Shown: positions 53,300-64,000 of the stretch, one piece after another
How positions within the stretch are numbered: position 1 is the stretch's first letter
How the letters are laid out: the number at the start of each line of letters is the position of its first letter
Assembly: GCF_022539665.2 (NCBI RefSeq)
Contig: NC_081333.1
Location: 8,308,001-8,372,000, forward strand
Source: Daphnia carinata
Lineage: Eukaryota
Reading direction: 5' to 3'
Length of the DNA: 64,000 nucleotides
The notes under the pieces: generated by a model
Database searches by the model: none
The model's input: the letters and a program-made list of their open reading frames with translations, nothing else
Told to the model about the DNA's origin: nothing
Translations under genes and position numbers: made by a program

Positions 53300-54326
53300 C
53301 GGTGGTCACGGAGATGGTCTTGACGGCGGAAAGCCTTGCCGCAAATGTCGCAAGAGTACGGCCGCTCATCGGTGTGAGTTCGCTCGTGGATGAGCAAATT
53401 GTAGGATTTGGTGAATTGGCGGTTGCAGAACTTGCAGATGAACTGCTTCTTGGGGCGAGAAGCACGGCCAGGTCCACGGAATAGACGCGGGTCGTACTGT
53501 CCAGGGTAGAAAGGCGGAAGGTTGCCGGCGCGGAGCCACGGGCCCATCAACAACGGGATATTCTGAAGTCCGTACGAGTTTTGAAGTCCACGGAGAGCTG
53601 CCTGTTGTGCAGCCGAGGCATCTTGTTGTCCATTGGAATTGGGGGCCTGTGCTTGATTCGCGTTGCCCTCCTGCTGTTTGGCGTTCTTTGCTGCCTGAGC
53701 GGCCAACTGAGCCAAGTCGATGCGGGATTGTAGGCCTTGGAGCATGGCGGCAGCTTCGAGCATGGCTTGTTGGTTGTGGTGAGGAGGAAGGAACTGTTGG
53801 CGACCGGGTTGAGGAGGGGCAACTGGTCCGTCTTTGGAGCTAAACGAGTCACAAGGAGCCGGTCGCTTCTTCATGGAGTAATCACGAGCCAAATCCGACT
53901 CGACGGAAGGAGAACGGGCAGCATTGTTAGCTTCGGTCGGTGATCCGGCAGGCACGGAAGGTGCCATGTTGTTGGCCGGAGACGATGAAGTAGCAGCCGG
54001 CTCCGAGGAACGGTTAGGCGGGCAAGCGACAGGTCGGAAAGCCGACGGTTCTCGCATGTTCATGCCGTACTGATGGACGGCCAAGTGAGACATACCGGCC
54101 GGCAATGGCATACCAGCCAATCCGGGGATACCAAAAGGCAGGAAAAATGGGAAAGACTTGGCGGCGGCTTCCATGGCTCTGCTCGTTGCGGCGGAAGGCG
54201 ATAGACGATGGCCGGTCGGGCTAGTTTGTTGCTCGAAGTTGAAGCTGTGCTTGCTCAACTCGGACGAAGTAGGCGTATGCGGAGGAGTCAATAGAGGCGT
54301 AGCCACATCACATACGGCAGCCAAAC
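53300..54326 (-). CDS. bowl: bowl/sob-type transcription factor, coding exon 2 (Ala/Pro/Gln-rich region, finger 1, most of finger 2)
   Basis: Lies within ORF 53296..54399. The acceptor is ATCAAG|GT (the less common AAG type). Contains REPSAFRPV and [65 protein letters not shown], the diagnostic odd/sob/bowl finger sequence. Ends CACCG|GTAATT (phase 2). Family assignment is very secure; bowl versus sob is less so. Confidence 0.92.
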
Positions 54327-54414
54327 CTTGATTTAAAATGTTGACTATTAATATTACGGACTTTGATGTGTTTCTACGGTGATGATTGAAAAAGAACAAG
54401 ATGATGTTGCTTAC

Positions 54415-54487
54415 CTGCTGCCTTGGAATAGTGAGAGCTGGATGAGTCCACTGACGGACGCTGGTGCGAGTGAAGTCCGCTGTCCAT
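54415..54487 (-). CDS. bowl: bowl/sob-type odd-skipped family transcription factor, coding exon 1
   Basis: ATG at 54487-54485 in GCCGATGG context. Reads [24 protein letters not shown] plus one G and ends at the strong donor CAG|GTAAGC. Phase 1 joins in frame to exon 2 across an 88-nt intron (54327-54414). Confidence 0.75.
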
Positions 54488-54798
54488 CGGCAAAAGCAAC
54501 TAAACGTTTGGGAGTTTTGTTTGGCACTTGGCTCGGATTGTCGATTCGAAATCGAAATAAATGTTGGGCAGAATTCACGAAAGGAGTTGAACTAAACACA
54601 CAAGGATTCGTATTCACTTTGCAATGAAGCAAACGCACTTGTGTTCGGGAGTGTGGTTGAACGAAGAATCAAAAGTTCTTAACTCGAAAAAAAAACTGTA
54701 GAGTTTAAGCAGACAAGAAAAACAAGAGGCGAGAAATAGAAGATGTTGGGAGCGAGCGGAGGAGGCCACTGTTAAAAGCGGAGGTGAGCCGCTTTCTG

Positions 54799-54804
54799 AA
54801 CTGA
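54799..54804 (-). promoter_or_regulatory. candidate initiator (TCAGTT) for the bowl-like gene
   Basis: Exact arthropod Inr consensus TCAGTY about 315 nt upstream of the ATG, with no intervening ATG. A CCAAT lies on the - strand near 54992-54996. I see no TATA box or DPE at the expected spacing. Confidence 0.35.
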
Positions 54805-57769
54805 TCTGCTCAGGAGCTGGAGGTAGTCATAGAAAAAAACTTGGCCGTTGGGGGGGTTGTGCCTTGTGCTCTACCACCAGCGGCGGGGATGGAACCTTTT
54901 CTCCCTTCCTCTTTTTCAGTATACCTTCCTTCTTTTTTGGTCGTGTTGTTGGCTGCCGTGCGGAGCCGGCCGACAACCGTCTTGCTCGCCTATTGGTCGC
55001 CACCCTATCAGGTGGGAGGGATGAGGGAGCTTTCGAGCCACTGGAGAACCAGATAGAAGCCGCCTTCCGCTAGCTGCCGCCACCGCTAGACAGCCACCAC
55101 CGAAAAACAACTCCGAAAAGGGCATTCACGAAGAGTTTAAAAAAAAAAAAAAGAAAAACGATGGGGGAAAAGGACCCACCTCGTTCACACACACAGATAG
55201 CAACAACAGTCCCGCACACGCACGAAAAACCCAAGGACCAATCCCCTTTTTACATCCACCTCTTTCGTCCGGACCAGATCGTTCTTTTGTTTGCCCCTCT
55301 AGCTGCCTTAAAGGAAACATTTTGGCTGAAAGCAGTTTCGATTATTCGCAACGATACGTCCCGCACGGAAAGACAATCGTTTGAGCGTACCGGCGGACGT
55401 TAGAAAAGTGACACGAATTTTTGTTTTTGGCCCAAAAGGCACGTATTCAACGATTAGAATCATTTGAGATGTTAGAGATAAGGTACGTTATACTTGGTGT
55501 TGTCATCGTGAATCGTCAGTTGTTACACTGTAGATAAGGCATTGTCTAGCGCTGAACGTGAAGTTGTGATGAAACTTGACGATTGTCAATTGAAAGGTCG
55601 CATTTGATTTCAATCGGTGCTCGACCGTGGGTGTTGTTACACCATTAGGGTCTTATAAACAGATGATGAAGAAAAGAGATGATCACGTAAAGAGAAATTT
55701 GATTGAAGGCAGATGAAAAACATGTGTAGGTTCATGCATATCAGATGAGCCGCGCCCACTTGTTTTCGGGATTCTGTATGTATAACGAACGCGAGCATTT
55801 CTCATTTCGTCGGTATCATAAATAGCGTATTTGAAAATAAAAAACGAGTCAAACAGAATGTGATTTGAGGTCCTTTAGTTTTTGACTTTGAAGTTTTCTT
55901 TTTTATGTACCAAGATTGGAAACAGGGACCTCTTTTGTCTGCTGCCGTGGCGCAGTTTTTGTTGTATGTGTGCCTATATCAAATGGAAATAAGGAGAGAG
56001 CCCATCATCCAGACAAGGAAAGAATAAAGAAAGAGAGAGAAAACCATCTCGTTTTCCATAAAACACAAAGCTTTTTTTTTTTTTAACCTTCTCTCGGCTG
56101 TGTGATGTTTAAACCGAGTCCTACACCGAAATAGAGGACTGTGAAGCACCGAGACCCCCCACTACCGCCCTCTTTTGCTCCTACTCATTTTAGGTTCCCC
56201 TTTCACGTCTCCTCCCCCGCTCTTTTAACAAACCATTATATACAATCCCCCCTTTTCTTTTTTTTTTTTTTTTGAAGGGGGGCCACAAAAAGAAATAAGA
56301 GAAAAAGAAAATTCTCTTATTTTTACTTTAAAAAACAGAGAATATATAAGGACACACACGACAAAAGAGATTGGTGTTGGAAACGAGTAAAAGTAACATA
56401 CTGCATGGATTGTATGTTAAAAGAGAAGCGCCCGAACTGCCGAAATGCAATTGTCCATCAAATCGACCGGCGCAGGAACGAACGAAAAGCGCTGGGGGAT
56501 GTTCGGATCGTTTTCAAAATGGAAAAAAAAAAAAACTCCCCTTCCCCATCAGCTTAAAGCAATTAGATTGAAGCAGTCAACAGTGCCGTATGTGTGTGTG
56601 CTCGACCTATTATGCGGACGCGATGTTATATATATGTTTACACATCCATCAAACGGCAGGTTGGAACAGGAAGGGCGTTAGTTGATGGACAACATCCGCG
56701 CTAACCACTTCTTTCAACAAAAATCCCGGCACGAGTTTTTCGTTTGTTTGGATTTCGTTTTCAAAAATAAAAACTGTCTTTTTTTTTTTTTTATTCTTCC
56801 GTGAAGCGCTTAGAACAAATAAAAAATCACCTAACCGGACGGCGTATTCTTTTCTCTTTTGGAATGCGCTGACGTCACTGATGGAGAGGCGTGCGTTGGA
56901 AATCGTGCAATCAAATAGCATGCGCCACGGAAAGAAGAGAGTTCTCTAGTTTCGTACACGGCGCACCATACCAGAAGGAGACGATAGAATATGGTAGATA
57001 ATGTTTACTCAAAATGAAAAAAAAAAAAAAAAAAAAATGAAAACGTCTTCCTGTTTCCGTTCAAGACGTGAGCAAACAAGAGAAACTGGCGTCTGCCGCT
57101 TATTTTCTCAACTGTAAAATGCAATGAAACTCAATCACGTTTAGGACATTGTCTGAAAATTGTCGTTTGGAAAACGAACAGATCCCTTTTCTTTCGAGTT
57201 TCCTCTTTGAAGTTGACATCCCCCGCACCGTCATAGCGAACGACAACAAAATGGTATAACAAAGTCATGCATAGATATATCGTAGGGAATTCCATCAAGT
57301 CGACGAGATTTTGCGCATCATCTGATCAACAGAATCAAAAAGATGCGCCTTTTCAATTTCCAAAAAGGAATGACGTGGGAAGAAGAACTGCGTGACTGCA
57401 CTGTCACAAAGTCTATACATGTTTGTTTTTATCTTTCAATGTTAAGACTTTGGAAATCTTTGCAGTTCACTTGTTTTTCTCTTGTCGCTGTAATTCTATT
57501 GTACCTTCCTTTGCAAAGGAGATACGCGAGGATATCCGCATGTAAGGAATCTCGGCCTGTACATCAATATGCCTCGCAGCGTTTGTTTAAGCTGTTGGCG
57601 AAGGTTACGAAGAAACTCGAGGATCACCATGTTCCTTTTTTTTTTTCAATTGTCAATTTCACAAGTCGTATAAGAATGTGTTCTTAACCAATATAAGGCT
57701 TGAAATCGTTAGTCGCTTTGACGGTGTACGTGGGAGTTCTTCTTTACGGCAGGTGATGTATTGAAACAG

Positions 57770-57835
57770 GTAATCACCGTGTGGCTCTCTCTGTATAAAA
57801 CTACTAACTATAATAACCTTTTTCTTTTTTCTTAG
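57770..57835 (+). other. canonical 66-nt intron of an unannotated + strand transcript (candidate lncRNA)
   Basis: CAG|GTAATC donor, exact TACTAAC branch site at 57802-57808, uninterrupted pyrimidine tract CCTTTTTCTTTTTTCT, and TAG|G acceptor. No convincing ORF in the flanks. Confidence 0.5.
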
Positions 57836-60800
57836 GTGCTCAGTAGACAGGAGGAGTCGTACATGTCGGCTTGTTCAGAAAGGGTCGAGCGGCATCATCG
57901 ACAAAACCGGTCCACTTACAACACGAAGAACTTGAACCTACTCGGCGATTGTTGACACGAGAGATAGGGCACTTTGCAGCGTGCGAGATTGTGCTCTCTT
58001 TTTTTGTTCTTCTCCTCCTACACTCATTTTTCTTCCTCCTCCTACATCACCTCCTCGATTCCGTTCTTGTGAGAAAAGAACTAGGGGGGAGGTGTCACCT
58101 TTGCTTGAGCAAACACCTCGACCTGCAAACGATCCTACCCTCCTATTGTCTTATATTCTCCGGACACATTTCGTTTGATGGTGTTGGAAGTGCTTGACGA
58201 AACCGCTCGGACCATTTGGCCTCCTCCTACTCTCTCACTTTGAGAGAGAATCTTATTAAAATAAGATTCTTAAACTGGAACCCATCGATGTACAATAAAT
58301 AGCACTTGGACACTCCACCCCTTTTTCGCGTTTCAAAAGGCAATGGCCCCTGTGAAATTAGTCGAAAGATCAGCAGTTGGACGACCCTTCTTGTAAAAGT
58401 TCGTTAGAAAAATTTCGAAATAGCTGAATCTACCGACTTTGAAGGAATGTTTAAGCTACATAGTCCTGGAGCGAAAAGGATCATTTGCCTCCGTAAGGTG
58501 TAGATTTGTCTGGAGCTGTTGATGATGAATGAGGATATGGGTAACACATAAATGCAGGGGCGAATGAAGAAGCCGCTACTACTTAGCATATCAGTGGAAA
58601 GGTTACTCTGTTTTTCAACTTTTGTTTTGTGGTCCATTCTACAATGATTCTCCAGCAAAACACAATACACATAAACAGACCATAAGGGTTCAATGACTCA
58701 ATTAAATATGCATAATTTTTTGTTTAAATCTAAGAAAAATAAAGCCCTACTCTTTTCAAACATAAGCAACACCATGCAGTTGCCGGCTCCTGCAGCCACT
58801 CATTTATGTGGGAATTTTTTTCTCGGCTACTTGTAAAGGTCTGTCTGAGGTATAGTTTTGTACATGTCAAACAGTTGGCCTCCCCTATCCTTCATTCTCA
58901 GCTTGATATTCATTAAATCTCTCGCATTCTCTTTTTTTTTGCATCGAAAAGTCAATTGGCTTTCTTCTACCGAATGTCCATGTTACGAAACACTTGATTG
59001 CCCAAGTCATTCAATCAGTAGGACATTGGAGTCAGCGCACGTTAACTGGCCTTCATTAAATGTGGGTAATGAGGTTTTCTCTCTCCGCTTGTGCCAACTT
59101 GGCACAGACGGTGTCTTTTCATGTAACCGATGCTACCAAAAAGGCAGACGAATTATTGAGGGAGTGGCGACGGTTGATCGGCGGCACATTGTCGGTTTCG
59201 ATTCCTACTGCGCCTTCAGTCTGCACACAAAAGTACTTGCATACAGAACTAACGGCTTGCGTTCAATAGATACACTCCCCCTTTTTTTTTTTTCTTACTC
59301 AGTTGCGCGTTCATTTAGAAAGAAGATGAAAAAAAGTGCTCATTATTTAAAACAAGAGGAAAACATACGCAGTGGAGGCGTGTATCGAGGCAAAATGGAG
59401 CTGCCAATCTCTTCTGTACTACCCAAAAAGGTAGAAATGTAGGTGTTTCGTAACGCCCACGGATGCGCGCAGATCAGCAAGACCTTTTCCCTTTTCACCT
59501 TTTGAGAAAAAAAACAACATCGAAGCGAGAATTTTCCTTAGCCGCCGCATAGATTAAGCAAAGGAAAAAAAAGCTTTGGAATTGCGCATACACGGGCGCG
59601 CTCATTTAGGCGAGACTAAGAAGACTTTCCCAAATCTAATTTCGTGGGATTATGTCTGCTCTTCTTGCGCTTGTTATGTTCGGCTTCTCTTTTGTTTTTT
59701 TTTCGTGTGTTGTGAATGTACAACGCAGAAATGCACGAATTTCGCCTACTGATTGGACGCTAGAAGGTTCACTCGTTTCTCCATTGTACTAAATAGTCTA
59801 GTTAATATACGGCTAATGGGAGCGAGAAACGTGACCTTTTTCACATTAGACTTTCCAACTGCAAAAGGTAAATTTTAGGATCAGAAATCGACCACACAAG
59901 TCCTTTTGCGGTTTTCTAAAAGTTCAACACCGCTGATAGTAGATGATATTGACATACACTTTACCATCAAATGTACAACAAGACACACAGAGGAAAGGAG
60001 AGTTTCGTTGTTGACACAGGACCGATGGGGAGAGAAGACTCTCATCCAAGTTTGTCTTTTCCCGAAATCCCAAAAGAACACACACACAATGGAGAAAAAA
60101 CAATGAGCGAAAGAAGAGAGAAGAACGGTGTGGTTGTATCGAATGTGTACAAATAAATACACACACACACTGAAACAGTTCATGCCTAGATACACACACA
60201 AAGCCAACGAACGACCTTTCTATTATTAATATTGTTTTCTCTTTCTCTCTTTTTGTTCAAAACCAACATGTGCACAGGTGGGGGTCTGCTCTTAACCTAT
60301 TCGAGTCAATTTTCCCTTCTCTCTCCTCAAACTTTGTTTCTTTGACCGAGTGGGGAGATCAATATACAAACGGAGAGATGGTACACATTTGATCCATCTC
60401 GAGAGAGTTGAACATCCCTCTTCATTTCTAACTTTTTTTAGCTACCGGTATATATCGCAGCCGCTGTGTTCAAAGAGGTGAGCAATATTCACTGAAAGGG
60501 TGGTATCTTTGTTTGAGCAAAGTCATCAGCTAGTGTAGCTAGTTATATTTGAAAGTTTTTTTTTGAAATGCTGTCGAATGGGGGCTTTAAGAAAAATGAG
60601 GTCAAAAGGCAAATATTTCTCGTCTCTCTAAGAAAAAAAGTGGGCAGTACCGAGCCCTTCAATTTATAAATCCTTAAAGCTTCATTTCCCCTCCCACAGC
60701 GCTTGGTCCCAACTGCATCGTTTGTGGTCATCAGAATTCGCAGCCACACAAGCAGCGAGTTACGGCCAACCAAGAAAAACAACTGCAAACGACAAGGATT

Positions 60801-63800
60801 TTTGAGAGGGACTAAAGAATATTCGTTTCTTTTTGGGCTACTCGATTCCTGATATTTTCCCATGGCAGTTAAGCGGGAACTTCATAAACTGTCAGATCAT
60901 AAAAATATATAGAAAAAAATAAAATATGTGCCAACCGCCTCTATGAGAAAAACAGTTGTAATAACAATAAAAATTCGAACCGCTTCTATCCTTGTACGTA
61001 CAAACAGATCCTCCGTTTATTTTATTTCGGAAAACGAAAGAAAAATAAAATTACAGAGAGCACTGCCCTGAAATAGCAAAAGAAAAAGAAACTTTCATTA
61101 ATTAGTTAGATGAGTTTTTGGAACTTGGTAGCTGCCGGTTTTTCTTCTTCGAGCTCAAAGAGAAAGAAAAGGGGGGAACCGAAAACGAAACCATTTATGT
61201 AGGAATCTTCTACATACCTTTTCTCTCTTTTTTTTAATATGTATTTCTTCTCTCATACTTTCTGGTGGTTCCTCTCTAATGATCAGGGAACACCTACGCT
61301 TTTTTTTTTTTTGAACCGATGGCCGCGTTGATCGGAGCCCATGAAGGGTTAATTATTTTCCACAGTACCCAATGATCAAAATCGGTCCATTTAGGATCAG
61401 CTCTTTATTCTCCTCTGACTTTTTTTGGTCTCTCGATATGCATCTTTCCTTCTACTATTGTTGGTTCCCATCGTCAGTTTAGGGCCCTGGGAAATCATCC
61501 AAATGAGCGCGTTCCATTTTAAACGCTTCGTGCTAAGCAATCGTTTCAGATTGATTGGTTCCCACATCTTTTTACTCTCTTTCCCAAGTGTAATATGTGC
61601 ACGGTACGTGTCTACAACTGTGTGCAGCGTCTTGTTAACCTCCAAAATGAAAAGCGTGCATCTTTCCCTGTGAGGAAAAAAAATTATATGAAACGGACAG
61701 TATATCTTCGCTCGAGCGGAATGATCCTGCAGATGGCTGGTGAACAATCTGGCCGGCGTAACAAATAACTAAAAAGTGCGATGAAAGCTGGACGTCTTCA
61801 TAGATGGACGACACTCAAATGGATGCAGACAACATTGTGGCGATTGAGGAAAAAGTGGGTTGGAATTATTGACTACCTTTGTATCGATTCTTATCCTTTC
61901 GCATTCATTCCGCTCATTCTTTTGTTTGCTTTCACTCCTATAGCAGAGGCTGAATACGTGAGGGACTGATGAATATGATAATAGGTGCCGAAAAAAGTCT
62001 TGTTTGGTCGGCACATCTTTGCAATTTCTTAAAGAATGCAAAGAAAAAAGAAACCGACACCTATTGTGGTCTTAGTCATTTGAAGAAAAGTCGGCCAGTT
62101 CATCGTTTTCTTAGACACATTGTGTCAATTGTTAGCAGCCGAATTGAGCCAAAAGGGCGCACACTGTTCCTTCTATGGACTTGTATAGTTCACGCTTAAC
62201 ATACTACCCTTTCTGTGAGAGTCGAAAAAAAGTCTTTTAAATCCATTGGTGTCCAATGAAAAGGGACTTTGGAGTCACTCTACCTTGTGTGCGATGTATA
62301 CATACAGAGTAGAGAGCGCACAATGCGACATAGAGAAACACACTCCCCCCGCCGACAACAGCCGCCACTTTTGTATATACGAAATAGTTCGGAGGAAAAG
62401 AAGAAACGGGAAAGAAATAACTGAATATCTTACAATGACCATAGAAGAACGATAAAAGCGCCTTCTGTACGGTGATATTGTTGTCTGAGAATGGCCATTT
62501 TTTTGCGTGGGAGAAAGGCCAAGGGGGCCGTGTTGATTTGTTGAGTGCGGACGATTCCTTCATTGTTGTTATCAATGCGCATAGGTCAATGTTTCACGGG
62601 ACTTGTGAATGAAAAAGCCCGATCCATTGGCGACATACATAGAGTGGTCAAAAGTTCAATACACTCTGTTCAGTATAGAATACGCTTTCTTTTCTGACAT
62701 GTACAAGTGGTCATTCACCTATACAAGAGCCGTACAAATAACGCTATTTTTGTTCGTTATTGTGCACAACTCGGCACATTCTATTGGTCGATGTCTATTG
62801 ATTCCGGATACAATAAAAATAATATAAGGCCCATATCCACACCATTTGACTGCAATGGAGACATTTGAGAATCAAATGTTGTTTTTTCTTCTTCTCCGAC
62901 TAGACTTTCTGTTATTTTTTTACAATGGCACATAGCTCGTGTGCAACTATTTCGCTGTTTTTTTAAGAGCCCACTATTCATTGTTATTGACCTGATCGCA
63001 ACTTCCCATTCAATAAAACCATTGAACTTTCACCTGAAAAAAATGTTTTGAACATATTTCACCGTTGTTTTTTCTTTTTTGGCGACTGCTATATCCAATA
63101 CTGCACACCATTGCGATGTCGAGCCATTCAAAGAAATATAAAACCATTAAACAAGATTGCGACCCTTATCCCTAGCAAAAAAAAAAAAAAACAAGCGATA
63201 AAAAACAATCCAATAACGTACAGAGGGCACGCGCTTTCTGCCAAAAGACACAGACAGTGTTCCAGCATCAAAGCGTAAGAGAAGTTGACCCCAATGAGTG
63301 TTTTTTTGTAGAGCAAAAAAAAAAAAAAAATAATGGCCGATATAGTTGGGGTACTGGAGTAGTAATGGGTGTCACAGAGACAGGGGATAGTTCATTGTCA
63401 TTTCTCGTGGTGTTGTTTCTTTGCTATTTTTTTCGGCTGCATTCATCTTGTTTTTTTGCGGAATATAAGCAGAAGGGAGGGGGGCAGGCAAAAAGGAGCC
63501 TATTGGTCACAGTCGATTAAAATAAAAGGTGAGAGACATAGAAAATAGACACAGAAAGATATGTCATCTGTCTGCTGGTCGAGACTCTTCTAGTCCCCCC
63601 CTTTTAGTAGGCAGTTTAGATTCAGGTGCGCCCGGCGCCCCGTTGCTGTCGGTTAGTATGGCCGTGGTGTTGAATATACGAGCCCGTGCAAAATAAAAAG
63701 AATCTCTCTCTCTCGAAAAAAAATAAACTCGGACTACAAGGTGGAGAAAGACAGAGTATGGCAGGCATTCAGAAGCCATAAAGGAGCTAAAGAATGGGCC

Positions 63801-64000
63801 TACAATGGGTCAAACGCGGTTTTGATGAAGTGTGTCCCCCCGTGTCGCCGTCGCCGCGCTAAAGGATTCCGACATCGGGAAATAACACGCTGAAAAAACT
63901 GTGCTCTATCGAACAATAAGGGACAATGTGATCATAAGAAATAATGGGAAAGAAGGGAGGGTTGACTCCAAAGCCAATTCCATCAGACAACAAAAGAAGA

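Noticed and set aside
54327..54399. N-terminus MFFFNHHRR... of ORF 53296..54399
   Set aside because: It lies inside the GT-AG intron 54327-54414 and has no ATG start. The spliced start at 54487 fits better.
58858..59442. 194-aa + strand ORF
   Set aside because: No recognisable domain or coding-like composition, and it runs through T homopolymers. It cannot be supported without a database search.
11700..59900. Ci/Gli-like sites (GACGACCCA near 11703 and 25648, TGGGTGATC near 15927, GACCACACA near 28543 and 59890, GACCCCCCA near 56153)
   Set aside because: I saw no perfect GACCACCCA, and the number of one-mismatch sites is about what chance would give in 64 kb.
2240..63280. TCF-like CTTTGAT/ATCAAAG sites and Odd-family GCTACYG autoregulatory sites
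   Set aside because: Rough hand counts are close to or below chance expectation for this base composition.
1..64000. tRNA, rRNA, CRISPR-like arrays, transposase or reverse-transcriptase remnants, a third odd-family gene
   Set aside because: By eye I found no T-loop or cloverleaf signatures, no regularly spaced repeats, no mobile-element ORFs and no additional zinc-finger coding sequence.

Overview
Eukaryotic, arthropod-type genomic DNA. It is AT-rich with many poly(A)/poly(T) runs, microsatellites and short 66-109 nt introns. A cladoceran crustacean such as Daphnia is my inference from composition and is not proven. The window holds part of an odd-skipped-family C2H2 zinc-finger gene cluster. 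(1) A drumstick (drm) orthologue on the + strand, missed by the ORF track because it is split: coding exons 4910-5020 and 5130-5236/5240, MFAVMPYDTEDRSAAYRRRVAPRADFVCKYCQRRFTK|AYNLMIHERSHRDDVTYTCEVCGKTFKRQDNLKQHR. (2) A convergent five-finger bowl/sob-type gene on the - strand: coding exons 54487-54415, 54326-53300 and 53202-52674, 542 aa, with a C-terminal eh1 motif. Between them lie about 47 kb with no credible coding sequence, and the window carries a hand-counted excess of Su(H)/CSL (Notch) sites. Points most worth follow-up: the unresolved or truncated drm C-terminus; a bowl-like protein in the position where Drosophila has sob; the Su(H) site clusters; a textbook 66-nt + strand intron upstream of the bowl-like gene that suggests an unannotated divergent spliced RNA; and a cyclin-E-like phosphodegron in the bowl-like protein. 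I see no RNA genes, transposon ORFs or CRISPR-like arrays. The remaining ORF-track entries look like low-complexity or antisense noise. I did not find a wholly new biological system; the findings are candidate variations on the known Drm/Lines/Bowl locus.
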